Assembly: GCA_002269645.1 (NCBI GenBank)
Contig: NIVC01000655.1
Span: forward strand, 186,001-250,000
Length of the DNA stretch: 64,000 nucleotides
Source: Macrostomum lignano
Lineage: Eukaryota
Reading direction: 5' to 3'
The first letter of the stretch is position 1. The number at the start of each line of letters is the position of its first letter. The position numbers and the translations under genes were made by a program. The notes below the pieces were generated by a model, which had not been told where the DNA came from, did not search any database, and saw only the letters and a list, made by a program, of their open reading frames with translations. This document shows positions 41,020 through 52,386 of this stretch, piece after piece.

Positions 41020-44000
41020 ACAGCCACCTGCAGCGGCTGCTGCTGCTGCTGCTGCTCCTTCGGCTCCATCGTCAGCTTCGGCTGATTCCCAAGCCGCTGC
41101 CGCCGCTGCATCCGGTAGCGCCGCAGCTTCCTCGTCGCCTCCAGCCGCATTTTTCCTACCTTCCGCCGATTTCTCGGCATCGATTCCTGCTGCCCCGGCT
41201 CCGCTGCTGACGGACGATTTGAAGCAACTCAGCGAGGCTGAACTTCGCCGAATGGAGGCTTGGAATCGCGAAGCTCTCGAGCGTCGAGTTGAGCACCTGC
41301 AGAGAATCTCGGCTCTGCTAGACGCCGCCGTACTGCAGATGGGCCAGTACACCCAGCTAATGGCGCGGATTGGGCCGCCTCCACCGCTTGCTGAGGACAG
41401 TCAAGCAGGCGCATCTGCAGCCGCCGCTTCTGCTCCTGCTGCTGGATCAGCTGCTGAGGCCACCGCTAATAGTACTAGCAGTAAGTAGTATAGTGCATGT
41501 ATCGTAATTTTTACACAACTGTTTCTTATGCGCGTGTAAATCATTTTTCAGTCTGTCGTTCTAAAAATCTGATCTTTTTAATCGTTCTTAAGCGTCAAGC
41601 AATGTTAGATTAGGGATAGAACTAGCCAATTCCAACCCCCGTTGGGGCTTTCCGTCAGAACTCCTACCAAAGTTTTCCCACGCAAAAGAAATTCACCCAA
41701 CTGAACCCCCATCCAAAGAATCCCTCATCCATAAAATCCTTGATGCAAATAATCTCACATGCAAAAAATCCCTCATCCAAAGAATCCCCATACAAAGAAC
41801 CCCCCATTGACAGAATCCCCGATCCAAAGAATTCTCCATTCAAGGAATCCTCTATCTGTAGAATTCCCTATTTAATGAATCGCCCATCCGTAGAATCTCA
41901 CATGCAAAGAATACCCATCCTTCCCGTCCCATCCCCATCCCATCCCATCGATAGAATCCCCGATCCGAAGAATTCCCCATTTAAGGAATCCTCCTATCTG
42001 AAGAATACCCCGTCCAATGAATCCTTTATTCAAGAAATCCCCATCCACAGAAACCCTCTATCCAAAGAATCGCCCATCCATCCCTATCTAAAGAACCCCC
42101 CATCCATCCCTATCCCAAGAATCCTCCTATTCATCCCTATCCAAGGAATTTCCCTATCCATTCCTATTTAAATAATCCCCTTAACCATCCATATAAAAAA
42201 AATCCTCCTCTAAAAAGTCCCCCTTCGAAGAATACACATCAGAATAATTCACATCCTTAAATAATCCCCCATCAAAAAAATAATTGGCCAATGAATCCCA
42301 GAATCCCTTCATCTAAAGAACCCCCGTTCAAATAACCCCCATCTAAAGAATCTTTCATCTAAAGAATCCCCCATTCAAAAAACCCTCCATCGAAACAATG
42401 CCCCACCGAAGAAATTCCCCAATGAATCAATGAATCCAAAGATATCCATTAGAAACATCCCTCATCCAAAGAATCATCAATCCATAGAATTCCCCCAAGA
42501 CTTAAACATCTCAGCAATTCCCCAAAGCCTCGACACCTCAGAAATTTTCCCCAAGCATTGACATCTAAGCAATTCCGGCGCAAGCCTTGACATGTTACCA
42601 ATTTCTCCTCGTCCAAAGCCTTGAAATCTCAGAAATTCCCCCAAGTCTTGACATCTCAGAAATTCCCCCAAGCCTTGACATCTCAGAAATTCACCTAAGC
42701 CTTGACATCTGAATAATTCTCCTTCCCAAGTCTTGAAATCTCAGGAACTCCCTCTTAAGCCTTGGTATCTCAGCAATTCCCCAATAAGATTTGACATCTC
42801 AGCAATTTATCCCTAAGCCTTGACATCTCAGCAAGTCCCTCTTAAGCCTTCATTAATTCCCCAAGGTAGGATTTTATACATGTATCTCAATAATTCCCCC
42901 CCTGTAAATCTTAACATCTTAGAATTCTCTTCCGAGCAAGCATCCCCTGATAGAAAGTACCCCCAGCAAGATTAGTGAAGCAGTTTCCTCAGCTAGCCAA
43001 TTCCAACCCTCGTTGGGGCTTTCCGTCAAAACTCTAACCACAGTTTTCCCACGCAATAAAATTTCACCCAACTGAATCTCCCATACAAAGAACCCCCCCC
43101 CCCCATCCAAAGAATACACCACCCATAGAATCCACGATACAAAGAATCCCCCATCCAAAAAACCTCCCATCGATAGAATCACCGATCCGAAGAATTCCCC
43201 ATTCAAGGAATTCTCCTATCTGAAGAATTTCCCATCCAATGCATTGCCCATCCATAAAATCTCACATGCAAAGAATACCCTTCCAAAGAATCCCTATTTA
43301 AAAAATCCCTCATTCACAGAATCCCCATCGAAAGAATCCCCCACCCATCCATATCCAAAGAAACCCCCATCCATTCATATCCAAGGAATCCCCCATCCAT
43401 CCATATCCAAAGAATCCCCCATCCATCCATATCCAAAGAATCCCCCATCCATCCATATCCAAAGAATCCCCCATCCATTCATATCCAAAGAATCCCCCAT
43501 CCATCCATATCCAAAGAATCCCCCATCCATTCATATCCAAGGAATCCCCCATCCATCCATATCCAAAGAATCCCCCATCCATTCATATCCAAGGAATCCC
43601 CCATCCATCCATATCCAAAGAATCCCCCATCCATTCATATCCAAGGAATCCCCCATCCATCCATATCCAAAGAATCCCCCATCCATTCATATCCAAGGAA
43701 TCCCCCATCCATCCATATCCAAAGAATCCCCCATCCATTCATATCCAAGGAATCCCCCATCCATTCATATCCAAGGAATCCCCCATCCATTCATATCCAA
43801 GGAACCCCCCATCCATTCATATCCAAGGAACCCCCCATCCATTCATATCCAAAGAAACTCCCCATCCATTCATATCCAAAGAAACTCCCCATCCATTCAC
43901 ATCCAAAGAATCCCCAATCCATGCATATCCAAAGAAATCCCTATCCATCCATATCCAAAGAAACCCCCATTTATCCCTATCCAAAGAATCCTCCTATCCA

Positions 44001-47000
44001 TCCCTATCCATTCCTATCTAAAAAATCCCCCTCCAAAGAATCTCCATGAAAATAATCTACGTCCAAATAATCCCCATCCACAGAATCTCCATCCACATTG
44101 TCCATTGATTCTCCCATCAAAAGAATAATTGGCCAAAGAATACCCTTATCTAAAAAACTCCGTTCAAAAAATCCACGTCTAAATAATCCCCATCAACAGA
44201 ATCCCCCATTCAAAGAATCCAAAGAATCTCCCATCCAAATAATCCGCCCATGAATCCCCTCATCTCCTCAAGATATCCATTAGAAGCATCTCTCGTTCAA
44301 AGATTCCCCAATCCATAGAATTCCCCCCCCAAGACTTAACATCTCAGCAATTCCCATCAAGCCTTGACACCTCAGAACTTCCCTCCAAGCCTTGACATCT
44401 CAGAAATTCCCTCTTAAGCCTTGGCATCTCAGTAATTCCCCCAGTAAGCCTTTATATCTCAGTAATTCCCCCAGTAAGTCTTGACATGTAAGCAATTTCT
44501 CCTCGTGCAAAGCCTTGACATCTCAGCAATTCCCTTCACGCCTTGATATCTCAGGAATTCCCTCTTAGCCTTGGCATCTCAGTTTAATAAAAAATTTTGA
44601 ATACACTACATGAATACTCGTAGCTTCTCTTCTACTGATTTACCTGACGTTTTTTTTAGTTTTCTTTTGCTTAAAAGTAAAAATTAAATTGCTAAAAAGT
44701 TGAAAATTAAATTCTTTTAATAAAAAACTTCTACAATCTAAAAATTCGAACCCACGTCGCTGCATTAGCAGGTCAGTCTGTTTACCTCTAGGCTATCTCT
44801 CATCGTTTTGAAAACATAAATTGATAACATAAATCGTCGCACTTATAAAATTCAACACTTTCAAAACTCCACGCACAGAGTAAATCACGTGAAGCAGTTA
44901 TGACAATTTCTCAGGCAGTCTGTATCAGTTTCAATTAAAGTCACCAATATAGTTACACAATCTAAATCTAAATTCAATGGGGCTGGCTGGAATTGTGGAG
45001 TTTGCGATATTGGAGAGCGTACAATCAGTAAATAAAGTAAAGTTCATTGGAATCTTCTTTTTAATGATGTGCTTTTAATTTTTCGAATCTAAGCAAAAAA
45101 TTATATTCCCGAACTCAGCGTTTCAAGTTCTTTCTTGCAATACAAGGCTCTCTTCTGAAAGTGAAAAACTCGAAGCACAAACAACGATTGAACATTCCTG
45201 CTATAAAGCATTCAAATTCATAAGGTGTACATTCAGCGCCAGCTACAGTGAGAGGCCTGCAAGTTGATGCATTGAAATTAACAACCAAGCCAGCCCATGA
45301 ATAATTGAATAGCGACACCCGCCCCTCAATTAAAATGTGTTGCGCAACCTTTCAACGCTTGTAGCTCTCCACGCGAGTGTGGAGAACCAATGCTATAGTT
45401 GGCACTGAGTTATGATGCAATACAATTCCATCGGCAGTCAGACTGCTTCTCAATCGGAAAGAACTGTTTGAACTTTAAAAAACAGGGAGAAAATCGAGTT
45501 TTTCGAATATTTAAGCCCGAAAAAATGAAGCAATTTCTTAGCAAAATTTTGTGTACCAGCGCACCATCAATACGCATCGAATGCAGAAAACCCCACGATA
45601 TTCCGACTATGTAGAGTCAAGTTAAGCAAAGGTTCCTATAGGTACATAGTTTTGATTTTTAGTATATTGGAAGCATCCAGAATTTTTATTATACCCCCCC
45701 CCCCTTAATTGGTTACGCAAGTTAAATAAATCGAGTTTTTCGAATATTTAAGCCCGAAAAAATGAAGCAATTTCTTAGCAAAATTTTGTGTACCAGCGCA
45801 CCATCAATACGCATCGAATGCAGAAAACCCCACGATATTCCGACTATGTAGAGTCAAGTTAAGCAAAGGTTCCTATAGGTACATAGTTTTGATTTTTAGT
45901 ATATTGGAAGCATCCAGAATTTTTATTATACCCCCCCCCCTTAATTGGTTACGCAAGTTAAATAGAGTAATTATCTGGGCAGTGGGGCAAAGTGAATTTT
46001 CTTATCAGTTGGCTCTGGCGCAATCATTAAAATTGGCTGTGAAGTTTCTCGCTGCGCGCAGGCTGATAAAAAAATACACTAAAAAGGCCATTTAAAACAG
46101 TTTTTCGAATATTTAATCCCCTTAGCATTGAGCTAGAGCTTAATAAAATTACATGTACCGTCCCGGGCACATTTGACATCTTTTGGCGAAGAAACGGAGA
46201 AAATCGGTTGAGCCTTTTGGGAGATAACCTGTTACATACCCACAGACAGACAGGGCCGGTGGAGGGGGGGTTGCTACTTTAGATATATTATTAGATTAGA
46301 TTAGAAGATTAGAAGATTAGAAGATTAGAAGATTAGAAGATTAGAAGATAGAAGATTAGAAGATTAGAAGATTAGAAGATTAGATTAGATTAGATTAGAT
46401 TAGATTAGATTGCTGGGATGCCAATGCTCAAGGGGAGTTGCTGGGATCCCCAGGCCAATGTGGAGTTTTTAATGCCAAGGCTCAAAGGCCGTGCTGATAT
46501 CTTAGGCTAGAATAGCTGGGTTTCAGGGCTGATGCTTAAGTTTTTTTCTTAGGGAAACTGATATAAGTGACGGTAAAATGCTATGTACATTATGCATAGG
46601 GCAAATAATGCTAGTCCTTCTTTTAAATTAAGTTGACTTTGAGTTCTTAGACTCTGGGGGGTTCACAAGCTCAAAATTTCACGTCGAAAGCACCTTCCTT
46701 CGCAAACTCGAAACTTCACAAGGTCGAAAGTTCACGTCAACAACTCCTTAGTCCATCGCAAGGGATGTCATATTACATATGGCAAACATGGGGGGGGGGC
46801 TTCATTAGACCAAAATTTCACAACGCCGAAGACTACTGCATAATCCTTGTTATATTAAGTTTTCTACGATGTGAAATTTCGTTCTTATAAAGTTTTGAGC
46901 TTGTGAAAGCGCCCCGGTCACTTGCCATTGATCTATCCATAATCCTCATTTAAGTTCAAACTGACACGATTCTCAAACCGACAACTTATCCAATTTACTA

Positions 47001-47246
47001 ACAACAGGCTCCACGAAACCGGCTGTAAAGTCTGAGAATTGGTCACCCGAGCCAGCCGCTAGCCAGCCAGCGTCAACCGCGAAGCCGGAGTCGCCGTCAG
47101 TTGTCGACGACAAGCCAGACCTAACTGGCTCAGGGTCGGCTTCCTCCGCCACCGCGCCCGACCAGTCGGAGATTAGGCGGCGTCGGCTGCTTCATTTGTC
47201 GTCTCGCGACGGATTGAAAGCTGAGGATGAGGATTCGCTTGATTGA
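34889..47246 (+). CDS. SYVN1: E3 ubiquitin ligase HRD1/synoviolin, 3 exons, about 581 aa
   Basis: Exons 34889-35017 (MRTF...KQFYPSIVYLTKSNSSTA, GTAAGT donor), 40103-41480 (VLYLQG..FFGQLR..TETCLAF..KCFHWLAEDRVDFMERSP; RING-H2 CIICREEM..LPCGHIFH..CLRSWF..CPTCR; GTAAGT donor), 47008-47246 (EIRRRRL). 1746 nt, in frame. Confidence 0.95.
35249..36952. mobile_element. Older non-autonomous DNA transposon with 8-bp TSD (host of a nested insertion)
   Basis: CCTGAATA at 35241-35248 and 36953-36960; imperfect 14-bp TIR CCATGGTCAGGAAG vs CCAAAGCCAGGAAG; repeated GTGCGCC subterminal motifs. Confidence 0.65.
35667..36805. mobile_element. Young non-autonomous hAT-like element, 1139 bp
   Basis: Perfect 13-bp TIR TAGTGTTCCGCCG/CGGCGGAACACTA; 8-bp TSD CTGATGTA (35659-35666, 36806-36813); dense CCGTAA/TTACGG subterminal repeats; no transposase ORF. 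Confidence 0.9.
38560..39230. repeat. Highly degenerate tandem repeats (TTATTGCACTA-type, then GGGGAT(A/G)CTTGCT-type) in HRD1 intron 1
   Basis: Recurring motifs visible; the 39140-39175 part matches the reverse complement of the CCTTGACATCTCAGCAATTCCC array. Confidence 0.6.
40988..41060 (+). repeat. Coding CAG/CAA (Q12) and GCT (poly-Ala) triplet repeats in HRD1 after the RING domain
   Basis: QQQQQQQQQQQQPPAAAAAAAAA in the ORF. Confidence 0.9.
41622..44585. repeat. Tandem duplication of a ~1.37-kb composite unit in HRD1 intron 2, with internal 26-bp (CCAAAGAATCCCCCATCCATCCATAT) and ~27-bp (AAGCCTTGACATCTCAGCAATTCCCC) arrays
   Basis: CTAGCCAATTCCAACC at 41622 and 42993 followed by colinear sequence; the 26-bp array is expanded in copy 2 (43330-43960). 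Confidence 0.88.
44735..44800 (-). other. Degenerate tRNA-like head (tRNA pseudogene or SINE 5' fragment)
   Basis: Minus strand GATAGCCTAGAGGTAAACAGACTGACCTGCTAATGCAGCGACGTGGGTTCGAAT: A-box-like TAGCCTAGAGG, B-box-like GGTTCGAAT, possible GCT anticodon loop; no acceptor stem. Confidence 0.5.
45358..46290 (+). mobile_element. Non-autonomous dispersed element, possibly rolling-circle (Helentron/DINE-1-like), with an internal 237-bp tandem duplication
   Basis: 5' hairpin TCTCCAC-GCGAGT-GTGGAGA (45366-45385); 3' AAAATCGGTTGAGCC...ACAGACAGACAG...TTTTAGATATATTA end typical of such elements; duplication 45491-45964; second copy at 33020-33560. The family assignment is by resemblance only. Confidence 0.6.
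46290..46390. repeat. (TTAGAAGA)n/(TTAGA)n microsatellite
   Basis: Directly visible. Confidence 0.95.
46656..46915. mobile_element. Small MITE-like remnant
   Basis: Inverted TTCACAAGCTCAAAA / TTTTGAGCTTGTGAA near GGGG/CCCC ends; no clear TSD. Confidence 0.5.
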
Positions 47247-49029
47247 TTGGTTGTTCGAATATTGTACCGCAGGTGTCCCCAATCTAAATGTGAGACTAAA
47301 AGCATAGGAAAAAAGGTATCATCTATAATTACGAGTCAGTTTAATCTACGCGTTTTTTCAGGCTCAAAATGGCAATGACTAATTGGGTGACAAGGTACTG
47401 ACTCATCAAAGTAAGCAGCAATACAGTTTACTGTCTTTTACCCATAAAGTTCCTGTGGACAAAAATCATCTATCATAGTTAAGAATCATGCGGATATCCT
47501 GCTTTTCTTCTGAGTTTATTATCTGTTGCGTTTTTCTCTGCTTTCAGATGGAATTGAAAAACTGTCATAGAGATAACGTAATGCCATGTCTAAGTCTGCT
47601 TAAAGTTAGTAGGATATCTATATTAAAACCCGTTATTAATCTACTATATTGCCTGATTTGTGTACAAGTCATATTTTATTTAGACTTGTACATAATTGCT
47701 ATCATCGATTTTGTTATCTAAATCTTAATCCTTCCTTATAATTCATATCTAGTCTAGTAGGCCTTTTTGACTATGAGAAAAGAAATATACGCCTTGAATG
47801 TACGCCTCTTTTGTTAGTTTTTGTCTTCTATCTGTATATTTAACCTATCCTTGCCCTGATGCTGACAGGTGCGCTTTGAGTGCTGATTCTGTTTAAATAT
47901 TGTGGAGCTTTCATCCTCTCCCAGATGCACGAATCATTGGGTTTCATTTTGTGTTTTATTAATTATTAATCAAGCACTCATTGTGTGCCAAAGAAATCGC
48001 TTCAAACCTCGATAATAAACTGAATCCTGTTTATTATCCCCGAAACCTTGTCACACCGGTTGTAACTGGCCATCGTTTTTGCGGTTGCAATTACTAAACA
48101 AATGAATGTTAATGTTATTACAGATGTCTGTTTGCATTCAACACCATTATGCGTTAATATATGCTGTAGCTTGTCAACTAGATACAATATATAATAGATT
48201 TAGTTTGTTGCTTATTTGCCTTAAAGTGCACTGTGCATTGATCACCATTTTTGTTGAACCTTGTGAATACACACAAAACACACTAGCAGTGATCAGGTTG
48301 CTGTTGTTTGTGACTTAATTATCCAACAACTAATCCTTTAATTTACATAACCTTTCCACTAATTCTGTTGTCAATAGCCGCGCTCAATATATTGTATTAA
48401 AAGGTGTGTACCTTGTTTTGTCTACAGAATCAAGTAGCCAAACAACCTTAATAAATATGGATAGACATGGGCGAAACGATTTTCTTTTTAGTAAATGCAC
48501 TTGTTGGCCTAGTTTATCTGGTAGCTTCTTCTTTACCGATATGTTCATCTTGTGCATCGATGGAAGTGTTCAAATAAAATAACCGGATTGATTTTTGTGG
48601 TAACTGTTTTGGTGAAGTTTATTCCTTCAGTTCATCATCACTGTATTCTTCTTGACTTTGTCATTTTTATTGTCTTAACTAGCGGTAAAATTGACACCTT
48701 GCCAACAATCTGATAGATTGATTCTACGGCTGATTTGACACCGTACTGTCCGTATTAAAGTCACACCAACTAGGATAATCCAACAAATATCTAATTCAGA
48801 AATCTGAATGAACTTAAGAATCCAAATAATAGATAGATTAAAACAAGTGAACCCCGTCGAAGAGAATAATATTCCAAAGGGTATACCTATACTAGATTCC
48901 AGCCCAGTAAAGACTTTAATACAGCCCTAGAAGCAGCCGATTTTTACAGCTATTAGGATGAGTTGTTTGTTGCGTATCCTGCACTCATAGAATAATTTTT
49001 ATTCGTTAACCATTGTAGCAAATATAGTC

Positions 49030-49977
49030 ATGTCTCTATCTGGAAAGGTCTGTCTAGTCACAGGCGCCACTCGCGGTATCGGCAAAGGCATCGCCCTGCA
49101 GCTGGGCGAGGCCGGTGCCACGGTGTACATCACTGGCCGAACGATGGACCCGAAGCCAGGTGCTGCAGTTGGCGGTAGCATCAAAGAAACCATTGCAGAG
49201 ATCGAAGCCAGAGGCGGTCGAGCTATTGGTGTTCAATGCGATCACAAGAAGGACGAGGATGTTAAGCGGTTGTTTGAGCAGATTCAGCAAGAGCAAAATG
49301 GTCGTCTGGACTTGCTGGTTAACAATGCTTATTCGGCTGTGTCTTACATTTTTGAATCGATAGGCAAGAAGTTCTGGGAGCTGGACGTGTCAGCTTGGGA
49401 CGAGGTGAACAATGTAGGCTTGCGCAATCACTACATCTGCTCTGTGTACGCCTCTCGCATGATGGTAGAGCGGGGCACGGGTCTTATTGTTAACATCTCC
49501 TCAGCTGGCGGATTGCGCTACCTGTTCAACGTCCCCTACGGTGTAGGAAAGGCGGCTGTAGATCGTCTGGCAGGCGACATGGCCGTTGAGTTGAAGTCCC
49601 GAGGCGTGGCCGCCGTCAGTCTGTGGCCCGGCGCCGTTCAAACCGAAGAGATCATGTCTAATCTGTCAAATATGCCGCCGCAGCAGCGTCGAGTGTTTGA
49701 GCAAGGCGAGACTGTTGAGTTTGCTGGAAAAGCCATTGTTGCATTGGCTTCTACACCTGTGAGCAGCTTGTTAAAGGACAAGACTGGCCGAGTGCTGCTG
49801 ACTGGCGACCTTGCCGACGAGTACTGCCTGCGCGACGCTGGCAATCGTCAGGTGCTCAGCATGCGCTCGCTAAAATTCATGCTATCCCACGCGGGCTATT
49901 CGTGGCTGGCCGGTTTTGTACCAACCTTTGTGAAAGTGCCGCGGTTCTGTCTGGCTCTGTTTGGAAGCCGGTTCTAG
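49030..49977 (+). CDS. DHRS1: DHRS1-like short-chain dehydrogenase/reductase, copy 1 (intronless, 315 aa)
   Basis: TGATRGIGKG, GRLDLLVNNAY, WDEVNNVGLRNHY, YGVGK (YxxxK), SLWPGAVQTE. Confidence 0.92.
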   Translation: MSLSGKVCLVTGATRGIGKGIALQLGEAGATVYITGRTMDPKPGAAVGGSIKETIAEIEARGGRAIGVQCDHKKDEDVKRLFEQIQQEQNGRLDLLVNNAYSAVSYIFESIGKKFWELDVSAWDEVNNVGLRNHYICSVYASRMMVERGTGLIVNISSAGGLRYLFNVPYGVGKAAVDRLAGDMAVELKSRGVAAVSLWPGAVQTEEIMSNLSNMPPQQRRVFEQGETVEFAGKAIVALASTPVSSLLKDKTGRVLLTGDLADEYCLRDAGNRQVLSMRSLKFMLSHAGYSWLAGFVPTFVKVPRFCLALFGSRF

Positions 49978-50650
49978 TTACTAATCTCTAAGCCGACTCC
50001 ATTTACTTACTTGTCTGTCTGATTCAACTAGTTGAAATTGATTAAACTCTGATTTAAATTTATTTTTAAAGGTAAAAGTTGGTTTCGCAAATGCGCCTCG
50101 TATAGGTATTCTTATTTTACACTGATTGTATCTGTTGATACGAAGTAAATTTATCTAACGCACTTCATCCCCTCTCAAGATTTAGCCATCTCAAGTTATT
50201 ATTCAAAACGTAACTAGTTTGTACGCTCGATAACAGAAGTGCAAGAGTAACAATCAGTTACTTTAATAAAAATTATAATTACTCCGCTGATATATGCATA
50301 GTTGCGTCTCTTAGATAAATGCTTATTTGCTGTTTTAAAATTCGACTCTACGAGTACAACTAAAGCGTTCGCTTGATTGATGTATTTTCCGCTCATTTTT
50401 GAGGCACTTGCGTGTGAAGTTTTATTAAATTTATCGTAAATAAATTATGTAACAATATACTTGTACCGGTGCGGTCTAGATTCATCCCTACTTTGGTAGC
50501 GTTATTGTATTCTTTAGCTTGTTGGTTAATTTCTGTTATATAAATAGGCTGCATCTACCAAATTATTTTTACGTTTGATTACATTTATCACTAATTTGAA
50601 AGAATCACTTTTCTTCTTGCATGCCAAAGGCAAACCAAACAGGTTTCATC

Positions 50651-51852
50651 ATGTCACTCTCTGGCAAGGTTTGTCTAGTCACGGGCGCCACTCGCGGCAT
50701 TGGCAAAGGCATCGCTATCCAATTGGGTCAAGCCGGAGCTATTGTCTACGTCACTGGCAGGACGCTTGAGCCAGTGAACTCTGTCAAAGCTGATGGCGAT
50801 GTCGCCGCAATTGGCGGCAGCATTAAAGAAACAGTGGCAGAGATCAAAGCCAGAGGCGGCCAAGCTATTGGCGTTCAATGCGATCACAGAAATGACGAGG
50901 ATGTGAAGCAACTATTTGAGCAGATTGAACGAGAACAGAATGGTCGTCTTGACTTGCTGGTTAACAATGCATTTTCAGCGGCGCGTGCAATTGCTGAAAA
51001 CAGGGGCAAAATGTTCTGGGAAATGTCGCCGGATATGTGGGACGAAGTGAACAATGTAGGCTTGCGCAATCACTACATCTGCTCTGTGTACGCTTCTCGC
51101 ATGATGGTCGAGCGAGGCACTGGACTGATCATTAACGTGTCTTCCGGCGGCGGATTGAGCTACCTGTTTAACGTGCCATACGGTGTGGGCAAGGCCGCTT
51201 TTGATCGCATGGCTGCGGACATGTCTGTGAGTACTTGAGTAGCTAAAACTGCATTATAGATTACTGCTGGACTAGCAGAAAGCGACTTGAGGAGTAGATT
51301 GAGACATTACCTTAGTAGTAGATTGGGGCTAAAGGAGTAAGTGGGCCTGGAGGAAACTTACAAGAATCTGGCGGTCAGGATAAATTCAGTCATATTCCGT
51401 AACGGCTCCCTTGAAATACCCAACAGATTGAGCTGAAGTCTCGCGGCGTAGCCGTCATCAGCCTATGGCCAGGCGCAGTCCAAACCGAGGAGGCCCTAGC
51501 CGTAGTGGCGGCAGCCGACGCCGATCCAAGCCGAGTGACTCGACCTATTGATCGACGCATGCTAGAACTATTCCGTAGAGGGGAAACAACAGATTTTGTT
51601 GGAAAAGCCGTGACAGCATTGGCTGCCCAGCCTGTGTCCAGTTTGTTAGCTAGCAAGACAGGCAGAGTACTGCTCACTGCCGAGCTAGCCAGCGAATACG
51701 GCTTCTCAGATGTTGACGGTCGGACTATTGTCAGCATGAGATCGGCAGCTTTCCTGTTGGAATTTTATGGATTTAGTCGACTGTCCGGTCTGATTCCTGC
51801 GTGCATCAAAGTGCCATTTTGGTTGGTGTCTGCCGCAACTAGCAAGTTTTAA
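50651..51852 (+). CDS. DHRS1: DHRS1-like SDR, copy 2 (2 exons, about 333 aa)
   Basis: Exons 50651-51226 and 51427-51852; 200-bp phase-0 intron GTGAGT...CAACAG joining ADMS|IELKSRG; same SDR motifs. Confidence 0.9.
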
Positions 51853-52386
51853 CAAAGTTGAGAAGTGGATTTCTCTATTTATATTAATCTGCTGGTTTAG
51901 CCGAGATTAGAGCAAATTTAATTCATTTAAATATAGTTGAATTTTGCGATTTGCTTTTTTATTTTACCGATTTTCATCATTTCTAATAATTTGTCTTTAA
52001 TTCATTTCAATTAAGTAATAAATTACTCAAAGCTGGCCATTATAAGTTGTAGGTTTCTTTTCCTCTATTCATTCATAACCCACGTAGCTGATTTAGCCTG
52101 ATTACTAACTAGTTCCTCGGAGCTGGTAACTTTCCTTCTACCTTCTCCAGTTTTATACATGTCGATCTAGTCTTCGTTGCCTCCTTCCTTTTTGGAGTTG
52201 TCTATTTACTCTTAAGTATTCTAGGTTTTAGTCCTTTAGATTGGTCTCAAAATGATATCAATATTGTTTTCAATACCACTACTACTGATTTAAAAAGCTA
52301 ATTGAATTTTGAAAAGAATTCAACAGCAACAACTTCATAAAATGATGCTAAAATTTCAGGCTCAAGTTGGACAAAAGCTGCCCCTC

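Noticed and set aside
41481-41488. HRD1 ending at the ORF-track stop
   Set aside because: A GTAAGT donor at 41481 splices in frame to a 47008-47246 exon with the HRD1-like RRRRL C-terminus.
43244-44128. 294-aa Pro/Ile/His-rich ORF
   Set aside because: 26-bp minisatellite inside HRD1 intron 2.
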